Source of the DNA: an uncultured cyanobacterium
GTDB lineage: Bacteria > Cyanobacteriota > Cyanobacteriia > Cyanobacteriales > CAWCAG01
Assembly: GCA_963803805.1 (NCBI GenBank)
Contig: CAWDOD010000002.1
Location: 1,248,001-1,312,000, forward strand
Direction: 5' to 3'
DNA: 64,000 bases
Under the pieces are notes generated by a model, which worked only from the letters and a program-made list of their open reading frames with translations, ran no database searches and had not been told where the DNA came from. The position numbers and the translations under genes were made by a program. Of the stretch, positions 35,468-44,087 are shown one piece after another (the first letter of the stretch is position 1; every line of letters begins with the position of its first letter).

Positions 35468-36058
35468 CTATTTACCCAAATCCCGTTTCATTTCTTCAAG
35501 TTCTTTATCTAATTCCCAACGCTGAAACTGACTATCTAAAGGATCTGCGGCGCGACTATAGTTAGTGGAGTTAGAATTTGTATAGCCTTGATTCCAACCC
35601 GAACTTTCTGAAGAATAAGTGCTTTGGGTTGTTGTCTGTTCGGTTTTGACTCTAGCGGCTTCTGCTTTTACTTCCTTCCTTTTCTCTTGGGTTTGTTGTA
35701 AAAGTTCCTTAGCTTTAGAAATACGCTGTTTGACACCTTCCATTTGTCCCCAGCGCTGATTTCCCAAACGTAGTAAAGACTCCTCCCTTTCTTGGGCTGC
35801 TTTAGCTAAGTCCTCTCTCCCCGAACTTTGAGCCTTGCTAATCCGCGAGTGCCAAGTTTGAATATCTTTAGCAAGGGTGAGAATCTCCTCTTGAAGTTTG
35901 GTTTCCTGGTGTTGCAAATCGATAAGTAGTCGCAGAGTATCTTTTTCTTGCTCCCGGAGTTGTTCATCTAGTGCTTGTAGCTCTAGATGGGGATGAGCGC
36001 GCAGAAATTCGTCTAACCGGCTTTCAAAAAACCGACTGAAATCGTCAAATAAGCCCAT
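35468..36058 (-). CDS. Coiled-coil PspA/Vipp-like protein (TIGR04376-type)
   Basis: MGLFDDFSRFFESRLDEFL...GREDLAKAAQERE...FQRWELDKELEEMK. Confidence 0.7.
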   Translation of the reverse strand: MGLFDDFSRFFESRLDEFLRAHPHLELQALDEQLREQEKDTLRLLIDLQHQETKLQEEILTLAKDIQTWHSRISKAQSSGREDLAKAAQEREESLLRLGNQRWGQMEGVKQRISKAKELLQQTQEKRKEVKAEAARVKTEQTTTQSTYSSESSGWNQGYTNSNSTNYSRAADPLDSQFQRWELDKELEEMKRDLGK

Positions 36059-36141
36059 TACTTTTATACTGCTTTGGGTTGATTACTGCCGTAAGGCTTA
36101 TAGGTAGGATTAAGAGTTAAAAAACTTAACTCTAATCTCTC

Positions 36142-37236
36142 CTAAAAACCTTCTCCAGCATAGATAGAGCGTACTTCTCCGTTACGACGAATTGTGGCCT
36201 TTTCGTTAGCAATAGATACCAACTTCCAGCCGCTTGAGCCAATATCTTCCCCTAGCATTATACGCTGAGTGACTCCATTAAATTTAAATAAGGCTGCTGA
36301 GCGTTCACCTAAGTCTAGTACTCCTACCAAAGTATAGTCGATAGTTGGAGTTGCTGTTGCTACTGCGGTATTAGCTGGAGTTTCTGCTGAATTAGTAGGG
36401 GGCGGAGTGCTAGCAGAAGGTGCTGGTTTGGGAACAGGTTTAATGGCTGGCTGAGCAGTAGTTGCGGGCTTGGAAGCAGGTTTAGCAGTTGGTTGAGATG
36501 ATTGGGAACTTGATTGAGGGCTAGGACTAACTTGAGGATTTGCTCGCAGGGCTGCCCCCGCAGAGGGATTCTGATTAGGGGGAAAAACAGGTATATAAAC
36601 TCGCTCCAAAGTTTTTTGTCCTTGAGGAGCAACAGGAAAATTGCTGGGGAGAGGGTAAGGAGCCACACTAGGAGGTACTCCAGGAGGAACATTCCCGTTT
36701 ACCCCTTGAGCAGCTTTAGCTTGGCTCTCAATGGCATCTAACGACTGACGCATATACTTAGCAAAAGGCTCTTCCTCTTGAATCGAACTAATTTGGGCTA
36801 CTTCTTTACTACTGTTAGCAAAAAAAGGTAAGCGGAGCTTATTTTGAATAAATAGCCAAGCAACTACAGCAACTAAAGAAGCACAAGCTGTACCAAAGAG
36901 GGCTTTTTCTACAGTTGTAACCTGACGACCGGGAGAACGAGATTTTTCCTGTTGCTCTTCTGGGGTTAAAACTTTAGTCTCTCCAGTATCTTCAGATAAC
37001 TGTTCTAATAATTCTGAAGACTCTCTTAAGGCGGGAGGCAAACTTGCAGCAGGAACAACAATGTTTTGCAAAGAAACGTATTCTGGTTGTGCCGTTTGGG
37101 TTGGCAACTTACTGCCCCCTTCTAAGATCCGATCAATATCAGAAAACAGATCATTCATTAATGTATCGGCATCAGTTTCTACTGACCAAGGTTGGTTAGT
37201 AGCAGCTAGTTGGTTCTTACTGGCATCCTGAGACAT
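36142..37236 (-). CDS. Bitopic membrane protein with Pro-rich linker and C-terminal GspC/PilP-like domain
   Basis: One TM helix; C-terminal LVGVLDLGERSAALF...GEDIGSSGWKLVSI...IRRNGEVRSI. Confidence 0.6.
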   Translation of the reverse strand: MSQDASKNQLAATNQPWSVETDADTLMNDLFSDIDRILEGGSKLPTQTAQPEYVSLQNIVVPAASLPPALRESSELLEQLSEDTGETKVLTPEEQQEKSRSPGRQVTTVEKALFGTACASLVAVVAWLFIQNKLRLPFFANSSKEVAQISSIQEEEPFAKYMRQSLDAIESQAKAAQGVNGNVPPGVPPSVAPYPLPSNFPVAPQGQKTLERVYIPVFPPNQNPSAGAALRANPQVSPSPQSSSQSSQPTAKPASKPATTAQPAIKPVPKPAPSASTPPPTNSAETPANTAVATATPTIDYTLVGVLDLGERSAALFKFNGVTQRIMLGEDIGSSGWKLVSIANEKATIRRNGEVRSIYAGEGF

Positions 37237-37418
37237 GGATTCTATTTATTTAACCTATACAAATCGAGGATACGGTGGCTCACTCTTTTACTGAAAAACT
37301 ATTTGTGTTTCCCAATTAAATTATTTTTGCCAGACTTTTTTGACGATTCTAAACTTTTTTCGTCATTTGACCAATTTTTGTGTCAAAATTCCCAAGGCAT
37401 TTAATATAGAAAAATTTT

Positions 37419-38924
37419 ATGATTCCTTCAAGGGCTAGCGGTATTTTGTTACATCCTACCTCTTTACCTGGTCGTTTTGGTATTGGTGATTTGGGTAAAG
37501 AAGCTTATAACTTTGTAGATTTTCTAGCCGAGAGTGGCCAACAGCTTTGGCAAATTCTACCTCTGGGACCGACAGGGTTTGGTAACTCTCCTTACTTGGC
37601 TTATTCTGCCTTAGCAGGGAATCCTCTACTCATTAACCTAGAATGGTTGGTTTCAGAAGGATTACTAGATGAAGCAGATTTAGCTAATTTACCAGAATTT
37701 TCTGAAGACTCGGTAGATTTCGATTTAGTTATTGAAACTAAAATGCCTTTGTTGAAAAAGGCCAGCGGTAATTTTTACAACAGGGCATCTGAGTCGAGAA
37801 AAGAAGAATTTCACAAATTTTGTAGTCTTCATAGTTATTGGCTTGATGATTATGCCCTGTTTATGGCCATCAAAACTGACCAAAAAGGAGCGAGTTGGAA
37901 TAGTTGGGACGAAGATATTGCCCAAAGGGAACCCCTCGCTATTTCTAGGTGGCAACAAAAGCTGGAGCAAGAGATTTTTCACCACAAATACCTCCAGTCA
38001 GAATTTTTCCGTCAATGGTCGCACCTTAAGCTTTATGCCAACGAAAAAAGAGTCAGGATTTTTGGGGATATTCCCATTTATGTCGCCCATGATAGCGCTG
38101 ATGTCTGGGCCCATCAAGAAATTTTTTGCTTAGATGAAGAAACAGGGGAACCAGCTTTAATGGCTGGGGTTCCTCCTGATTATTTCAGCGCCACAGGGCA
38201 GCTTTGGGGCAATCCTGTTTACGACTGGGAACAACTAGAAAAAAATGGTTTTCAGTGGTGGATACAACGTATTGAAGGAATGCTCGATTATGTAGATATC
38301 ATGCGTATCGATCACTTCCGGGGCTTTGAAGCGTTTTGGGCAGTGGAAAAAGGAGAAACCGTTGCTACTGAAGGAAAATGGATTGAAGCTCCTGGAGAGG
38401 CTTTCTTCACCCTACTGAGGGAAAAATTGGGACAACCTCCTATTGTTGCCGAAGATTTAGGAGTAATTACTCCAGAAGTAGAAGCTTTGCGGGATAAGTT
38501 TGGCTTTCCGGGGATGAAAATTTTACAGTTTGCTTTCGATTCTGACCGTTCCAATGCTTTTTTACCCTTTAACTACGCTTCCCGTAACTGCGTCGCTTAT
38601 ACAGGAACCCACGACAATAATACAACTGTGGGTTGGTATGAAGAGCGTAGTGACGAAGAAAAACAGCGAGTGATTGATTATTTGGGTTGTATTTGTCCAG
38701 AGGGCATACATTGGAGCCTAATTCGCCTTGCTTTAAGTACTATAGCTAATAATGCGATTATTCCTTTACAAGATGTTTTGGGCTTAGGTACAGAAGGGAA
38801 AATGAATGCTCCGGGTAAAGCCGAAGGTAATTGGGCTTGGCGTTACAAAAGTGGGGATTTGACTCTAGATTTGCGTGATCGCCTTAAGGAGTTAACTTAT
38901 CTTTATGGTCGTGGGCCTCAGTAA
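37419..38924 (+). CDS. malQ: 4-alpha-glucanotransferase (amylomaltase, GH77)
   Basis: RASGILLHPTSLP, GVPPDYFSATGQLWGNP, RIDHFRG, AEDLG and YTGTHDN motifs. Confidence 0.96.
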   Translation: MIPSRASGILLHPTSLPGRFGIGDLGKEAYNFVDFLAESGQQLWQILPLGPTGFGNSPYLAYSALAGNPLLINLEWLVSEGLLDEADLANLPEFSEDSVDFDLVIETKMPLLKKASGNFYNRASESRKEEFHKFCSLHSYWLDDYALFMAIKTDQKGASWNSWDEDIAQREPLAISRWQQKLEQEIFHHKYLQSEFFRQWSHLKLYANEKRVRIFGDIPIYVAHDSADVWAHQEIFCLDEETGEPALMAGVPPDYFSATGQLWGNPVYDWEQLEKNGFQWWIQRIEGMLDYVDIMRIDHFRGFEAFWAVEKGETVATEGKWIEAPGEAFFTLLREKLGQPPIVAEDLGVITPEVEALRDKFGFPGMKILQFAFDSDRSNAFLPFNYASRNCVAYTGTHDNNTTVGWYEERSDEEKQRVIDYLGCICPEGIHWSLIRLALSTIANNAIIPLQDVLGLGTEGKMNAPGKAEGNWAWRYKSGDLTLDLRDRLKELTYLYGRGPQ

Positions 38925-38966
38925 ACTTAGTTGCTAGAAACCAATCCAAGTAAAAGCTTCGTCAAC

Positions 38967-39067
38967 AGGACTTACCCACGAGAGTGCCTCTAATCTACGA
39001 CAACGCTACGCGAACCCTGTTCACGACGGCTGAAACCACTAACTTCTCGTTTCATTGCGTAAGTCCT
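38967..39067. repeat. ~100-bp element bounded by AGGACTTAC(C/G)CA inverted repeats (MITE/REP-like dispersed repeat)
   Basis: aggacttaccca at 38967 versus tgcgtaagtcct at 39056-39067 (11/12 match), between convergent malQ and phoH. Confidence 0.55.
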
Positions 39068-39099
39068 AGCTCACACAAATTAGGTGCGGAGTTCTTAAT

Positions 39100-40050
39100 T
39101 CAGTTTTCATATTCCTCATAGGCTGCCACAATCTTTTGTACCAAAGGATGGCGCACTACGTCCTTCTGGGTTAACTGACAAAAAGCAATGCCGTTGATAG
39201 ACTTGAGGATTTTCGTGGCCATTGATAAGCCGGATTCTTGATACTTGGGTAAATCCGTTTGGGTAATATCTCCTGTCACTACCATGCGAGAATTAAAACC
39301 TAAGCGGGTTAGAACCATTTTCATTTGTGCCGGGGTGGTATTCTGGGCTTCATCCACAATCACAAAAGCATTACTTAAAGTGCGCCCTCGCATATAAGCT
39401 AAGGGGGCCACCTCGATTTTGCCGTCAGCCATCAAGTCAGGAATGCGATCTGCTTTAATTAGTTCATATAAGGCATCATAAAGGGGACGTAAAAAAGGGT
39501 TTACTTTTTGCTGCAAGTCCCCTGGTAGGAAGCCTAACTTCTCCCCTGCTTCTACCGCAGGACGGGTCAGAATCAACCTTTCGTAATCATCATTCAATAA
39601 AGCTTGTACTGCTAAAATTGCTGCTAAAAAAGTTTTTCCTGTCCCGGCAGGACCAATACAAAAAGTAATATCGTGGGTTTGAATTGCTTTAACGTACTGT
39701 TTTTGCTTAAAGGTTTTTGCTCTAATTGTTTCTCCCCGTAGGGTAGTAGCTAAAACATTTTTTTGCAAATCCTTTAACTCATCTGTTCGGCCAGTATCTA
39801 CTGCTTGAAAAGCCGTTTGTAAATCTGCTTGGGAAATAGTCTTACCTTCTACCCAATAAGGTTTAAGGGAACGCACTATTTGTATAGAGCGTTCCACAGC
39901 CCTTTCTTGACCAGACACTAACAAATCTTGACCTCGGAGAACTAATTGCGCCCCCGTATGGCGGGATAAAAGTTGTAAGTTATCTTCTCGATTACCTGCT
40001 AGGGCGATCGCGCTTTCAGTACTTGGTAGCTGAATGGTCTTTGATATCAA
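39100..40050 (-). CDS. phoH: PhoH-family ATPase
   Basis: GPAGTGKT, RPAVEAGEKLGFLPGD, YMRGRT and DEAQN motifs. Confidence 0.93.
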   Translation of the reverse strand: MISKTIQLPSTESAIALAGNREDNLQLLSRHTGAQLVLRGQDLLVSGQERAVERSIQIVRSLKPYWVEGKTISQADLQTAFQAVDTGRTDELKDLQKNVLATTLRGETIRAKTFKQKQYVKAIQTHDITFCIGPAGTGKTFLAAILAVQALLNDDYERLILTRPAVEAGEKLGFLPGDLQQKVNPFLRPLYDALYELIKADRIPDLMADGKIEVAPLAYMRGRTLSNAFVIVDEAQNTTPAQMKMVLTRLGFNSRMVVTGDITQTDLPKYQESGLSMATKILKSINGIAFCQLTQKDVVRHPLVQKIVAAYEEYEN

Positions 40051-40192
40051 AGCAACTGTTAATTGAGGTTGAAAGTATTAAGTAAAAAGAGAATGCAGAA
40101 TTTTCTCTCTGGGCTATTCTGTAATGAGAATATAGCCTTTGTTGACGGCTGTTTATCCCTTGTTTATCCCTAATTGCTGATGCCTAAAAAAA

Positions 40193-40621
40193 TTAATTGA
40201 TTAGTTTTTGAGGACGAGATTTGAATTTAGGGGGTGCTACACGGGAAGGAGAGGAAGAGGGTCTTCTGCCATTATACTGACTACTGGAGCGAGAATTACG
40301 CTCAGAACTACTGTTGGTGCTACCATAAACATCTAAGTAAATAGACTGGCCTACGAGCTTTCCAGTCGCTTCTAGAACTGACCTTATCGCTTCAATATTG
40401 CGTCCACCGCGACCAAATACTCTTCCTTTATCTGAGTCATCAAAAGCTAGCCGAATCCATACTCTTTGGTTACCCCTAGCATTTTCGCAGTCTACTTTTA
40501 AAGAGTTTGCTGATTCTAATAAGGGCTGAATGAGAAACTTAACCATTTCCAGATAATCTGGCTTGGTTAGGCTAGCTTGGTCAGATGACACTTGAGTCTT
40601 AAGAGGCATTGACTTGTTCAA
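40193..40621 (-). CDS. khpA: KH-domain RNA-binding protein (KhpA-like)
   Basis: [17 protein letters not shown]xxG motif; follows rpsP. Start is uncertain (TTG 40621 or ATG 40609). Confidence 0.8.
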   Translation of the reverse strand: MNKSMPLKTQVSSDQASLTKPDYLEMVKFLIQPLLESANSLKVDCENARGNQRVWIRLAFDDSDKGRVFGRGGRNIEAIRSVLEATGKLVGQSIYLDVYGSTNSSSERNSRSSSQYNGRRPSSSPSRVAPPKFKSRPQKLIN

Positions 40622-40850
40622 AAACTTGCGCTTTTTTCAAAATGGCACGTACTGTATCTGTAGGCTGGGCCCCTTGTTGGAGCCGCTTAACAATAGCAGG
40701 TACGTCTAAGCGGGTTTCGTTAGTTCTGGGGTTATAAAAACCTAACTCTTCTAAGGGTCGTCCGTCACGACGCACTCTACTATCCATTGCGACTATGCGA
40801 TAGCTAGCTTCACGCTTTTTGCCGTATCTTTTTAATCTTATTTTGATCAT
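40599..40850 (-). CDS. rpsP: 30S ribosomal protein S16
   Basis: [20 protein letters not shown]...LGFYNP; AGGAGG RBS upstream of ATG 40850. Confidence 0.97.
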   Translation of the reverse strand: MIKIRLKRYGKKREASYRIVAMDSRVRRDGRPLEELGFYNPRTNETRLDVPAIVKRLQQGAQPTDTVRAILKKAQVFEQVNAS

Positions 40851-40998
40851 CTTAGTTAAAAATCCTCCTGATCTGATTTTAAAGGTTTTAGGCAACCTTG
40901 GCGATAGGGCATTTAGCCCTAGGGATTGGGTATTTGATTATACTCTACTTGTAGAGGGAGCGGGGGTAGGGTCAATCAAAGATTAAAAATTCCGAAAA

Positions 40999-42471
40999 CT
41001 AGAAAAGTTCTCCGAAGCCTTTTTTCTTTTTCCCTTTCTTCTTCTTTTTCTTGGAACCCCCTGAATAGCCACGGAAGCCAGGGCGAGGAGCATTCCCACC
41101 TATGCCACCAAACATTCCCCCCATATCGCCTCCCATACCACCCATTCCAGGCATTCCCATTCCGGGCATTCCTCCCCCCTGTCCCATTTGCTGCATCATG
41201 CCTCGCATCCGGGTAAAATCTTTGACTAATTTGCCGACATCGCTTTCTTTGAAGCCGGAACCTTTAGCGATGCGGCGGCGACGGCTGGGAGATTTGGCTA
41301 GTAAGTCAGGGTTTGACCTCTCTTCTGGGGTCATGGAGTTAATCATCGCCTCAGTACGCTTAAGTTGTACTTCCCCTTTTTCCAAGTCTGAACTACTCAA
41401 CTTGCCCATACCGGGAATCATCTTCATCAATCCCCCCAAAGAACCCATATTTTTCAAGAGGCGCATTTGTTTGAGGAAGTCATCAAAGCCAAATCTGGCT
41501 TCCATGATTTTGGCTTGCATTTCGGCAGCATCAGCAATATCAACTTCTTCCTGGGCTTTTTCTACCAGGGTTAGAACATCCCCCATACCCAAAATGCGAG
41601 AGGCCATACGGTCAGGATAAAAGGGTTGCAGGGCTTCTACTTTTTCTCCTACTCCCACAAATTTAATGGGTTGACCAGAAATGCGACGTACCGAAAGTGC
41701 CGCCCCCCCACGAGTATCTCCATCTAATTTGGTGAGAATTGCCCCGGTGATGCCGATTTGTTCGTGGAAGGTGTAGGTAAGGTTAGCGGCTTCTTGCCCT
41801 GTCATGGCATCTACAACCAGGAGAGTATCGTCAGGTTGAATCGTTTCTTTAATTTGCCCTAACTCCCCCATCATTTCTGGGTCAATTTGGAGTCTTCCGG
41901 CAGTGTCAATGATGACGGTATCAACACCCATTTCCTGGGCTTTCTCTACCCCTTGGCGGGCAATTTCTACCGGGTTAGCATCCGTACCCATTTCAAATAC
42001 AGGTACGTTAATTTGTTCTCCTAAAGTGACTAACTGATCAATAGCTGCTGGGCGGTAAATATCCGTAGCCACCATTAAGCAATCGCGGTTTTGCTTACGC
42101 AAATGTAGTGCTAGCTTAGCTGTGGCAGTGGTTTTTCCTGTACCTTGCAAACCTGCCATTAAAACTACAGTTGGTTTAGTTTCAGCTTGGGCGAGGGGAA
42201 CATTGGTTTCTCCCATCACCTTAACTAATTCATCATGAACAACTTTAATAAATTGCTGATCAGGACGTACCCCGGAAACTACTTCAGCCCCTTGGGCTTT
42301 ACTTTCTACCTCAGCGATAAAGTTCTTAACCACTTGGAGGTTAACATCAGCCGCTAAAAGGGCGCGGCGTACTTCTTTTAAGGCTTCTTGAATATTAGCT
42401 TGAGAAATTTTATCTTGACCGCGTAGCTTTTTCCAAGCATCCTCTAAACGGTCGGCTAGGGCATCAAACAT
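40999..42471 (-). CDS. ffh: Signal recognition particle protein Ffh
   Basis: GLQGTGKTT, DTAGRL and TKLDGDTRGG motifs; Met-rich M domain. Confidence 0.97.
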   Translation of the reverse strand: MFDALADRLEDAWKKLRGQDKISQANIQEALKEVRRALLAADVNLQVVKNFIAEVESKAQGAEVVSGVRPDQQFIKVVHDELVKVMGETNVPLAQAETKPTVVLMAGLQGTGKTTATAKLALHLRKQNRDCLMVATDIYRPAAIDQLVTLGEQINVPVFEMGTDANPVEIARQGVEKAQEMGVDTVIIDTAGRLQIDPEMMGELGQIKETIQPDDTLLVVDAMTGQEAANLTYTFHEQIGITGAILTKLDGDTRGGAALSVRRISGQPIKFVGVGEKVEALQPFYPDRMASRILGMGDVLTLVEKAQEEVDIADAAEMQAKIMEARFGFDDFLKQMRLLKNMGSLGGLMKMIPGMGKLSSSDLEKGEVQLKRTEAMINSMTPEERSNPDLLAKSPSRRRRIAKGSGFKESDVGKLVKDFTRMRGMMQQMGQGGGMPGMGMPGMGGMGGDMGGMFGGIGGNAPRPGFRGYSGGSKKKKKKGKKKKGFGELF

Positions 42472-42555
42472 AATTAGTTATTCTATAAACGATAGATTTA
42501 GGGGTAGGGAGTGGGGAGTAGGCAGCAGTTAATAGCTATTTTAAAACTTTACCGA

Positions 42556-43152
42556 TTAATTCAACTCGGAGTTGAACTCGTTGAAGGAACGCCTTTTCAA
42601 CTCCACTGACTCAGAACGAGGTAGGAGATCAAATACTTCCCGGAAAACACTATCAATGTCTTCAAACTTAGCTTGTCCAGTTTGATTAAAGACAATCTCA
42701 CGATTTTGATTTAGTAAGACAGTTTGAGGAATTGCCCCTTGGTAGTAATAACCTACTTCTTCAGGACTGTATTCAGCCTTGATCGGAATAGAATCGACAT
42801 TGATGGGAATAAAACTCGCTACTTTGCCGTAAAATCGCTGTAACTGAGAGATAACCTCAGAAAATCTTTTACAATCGCTGCTATCTTCTACATAAAAAAC
42901 TAACAGAGCAACTTTATCTCTTTGGAAAGATTCTACTAAGGTCATGCGAGGGGGGACTAAAGAGCCATTCCCGGCATAAAGAGCAAAGATATTGCCATCA
43001 AACCTGTCGTCTTCAAGCCCTGCTTTGGCTGAGGGGGTTCCGAAAAGCAAGAAACTGCTTAGCCCAGCTATGAGTATTATTGAGCAAAAACGAAAGCAAA
43101 TTTTTCTTAACTGAAGGTTATTTAGCCAGTGGTGCAACCGCGAAAAAATCAT
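42556..43152 (-). CDS. Thioredoxin-like thylakoid protein (putative photosystem I accumulation factor family)
   Basis: Signal/TM segment then DDRFDGNIFALYAGNGSLVPP...SSDCK...RRSFNEFNSEL. Start trimmed to ATG 43152 because the longer ORF overlaps the tRNA. Confidence 0.7.
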   Translation of the reverse strand: MIFSRLHHWLNNLQLRKICFRFCSIILIAGLSSFLLFGTPSAKAGLEDDRFDGNIFALYAGNGSLVPPRMTLVESFQRDKVALLVFYVEDSSDCKRFSEVISQLQRFYGKVASFIPINVDSIPIKAEYSPEEVGYYYQGAIPQTVLLNQNREIVFNQTGQAKFEDIDSVFREVFDLLPRSESVELKRRSFNEFNSELN

Positions 43153-43236
43153 AAGGTTCTTTTTACCAATTAAATCAGCTATTATTAATAGTACAGCTAG
43201 GGGCTGTGGCTCAGTTGGATAGAGCAAGCGCCTCCT

Positions 43237-44086
43237 GAACAATCGGGCCTCTTGGGGGAAACTCCAGGTAGTGAATGCGGTCAAATTCAAGGAAGCCTAA
43301 GTCTGTTTAAACAGAGAGGGTAATCTTGAGCCAAGCTTATATTTGTCTATATAGACAAGTTATTTGAAGGTGCAGAGACTGGTTGAATGAGAGCTAAAAA
43401 ATGATGGACTATGATGTCTCATCAAAAGTAGAGCAAAGAGGCATTCTGGCCGGGATGTTATTGGGTGCAGGCAGGAGAAATAAACAAAATTTCTATCTTC
43501 TAAACCTGAATTTGCCAGAGGAATATGTTCTATTTAAAAAGCAACTCCTTGAACAAATCATCCGTAAGCCAGTTAGTCTTCGGGAAAGAAAAACTAAAAA
43601 CGGTACTGCCTTAATACGCTTAGAGCCAAAGTTAATTCCCTTAACTAGGGTTTTGGTTAAAAAGTTTTATCAAGGAACAACTCCTAAAATTACGAGGAAG
43701 TTTCTTGGTCTTCTAACCCTTCCTAGTATCGCAATTTGGTTTATGGATAAAGGTTCTAAATCTTTTAAGAGAAAGAACGGAAAAATCCATAGCCTGGAAG
43801 TTAACTTCAATACCAATATCTGCCAAGCAGAAAACGAGTTGATAGTAGCTTATTTTGCTGAAGTTTGGGGTTTTAAGTGGGGATTAAGCCAAGGTAGAAA
43901 CGCTTACCGTTTAAGGATGGGGACGAAAGAAGGTAAAAGGTTTTTCCGTTTCCTTCATCCCTATATTCATCCCGCTATGCTCTACAAAATAGAAACCTCT
44001 TGTCAACATAACGGCCGCCACCTAAAAGAGTTTTGTTCTTATGGTGAAGGGATAGTCCAGAGAGTGGGGAAACTCACACAAATCTG
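43237..44086 (+). ncRNA. Group I self-splicing intron (IC3-like), 850 nt, inserted 3' of the CCU anticodon
   Basis: P1 CCU|GA:UCGGG with U.G at the 5' splice site; P2 with GAAA loop; P3 GCGGUC:GGCCGC (44013-44018); P4 UUCAAG:CUUGAG; R GCAGAGACUG; S AAGGGAUAGUCC; P8 CACC..GGUG with CCUAAA/UAUGG receptor; P9 GUGGG-GAAA-CUCAC; terminal omega-G at 44086. Confidence 0.92.
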
Positions 44087-44087
44087 A
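43401..44087 (+). CDS. Intron-encoded two-motif LAGLIDADG (LAGLIDADG_2-like) homing endonuclease/maturase, degenerate active sites
   Basis: Motif 1 ILAGMLLGAG, EEYVLFKK, motif 2 LTLPSIAIWFMDKG and C-terminal PYIHPAMLYKI. Basic protein lying inside the intron. Confidence 0.8.
   Translation: MMDYDVSSKVEQRGILAGMLLGAGRRNKQNFYLLNLNLPEEYVLFKKQLLEQIIRKPVSLRERKTKNGTALIRLEPKLIPLTRVLVKKFYQGTTPKITRKFLGLLTLPSIAIWFMDKGSKSFKRKNGKIHSLEVNFNTNICQAENELIVAYFAEVWGFKWGLSQGRNAYRLRMGTKEGKRFFRFLHPYIHPAMLYKIETSCQHNGRHLKEFCSYGEGIVQRVGKLTQI

Noticed and set aside
43153-43290. N-terminal 46 codons of ORF 42556-43290
   Set aside because: They are antisense to tRNA exon 1 and the intron 5' end; the real start is probably ATG 43152 or later.
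43401-44087. Intein or free-standing endonuclease interpretation
   Set aside because: There is no host extein or intein splice motif, and the ORF is enclosed by group I core elements and tRNA exons.
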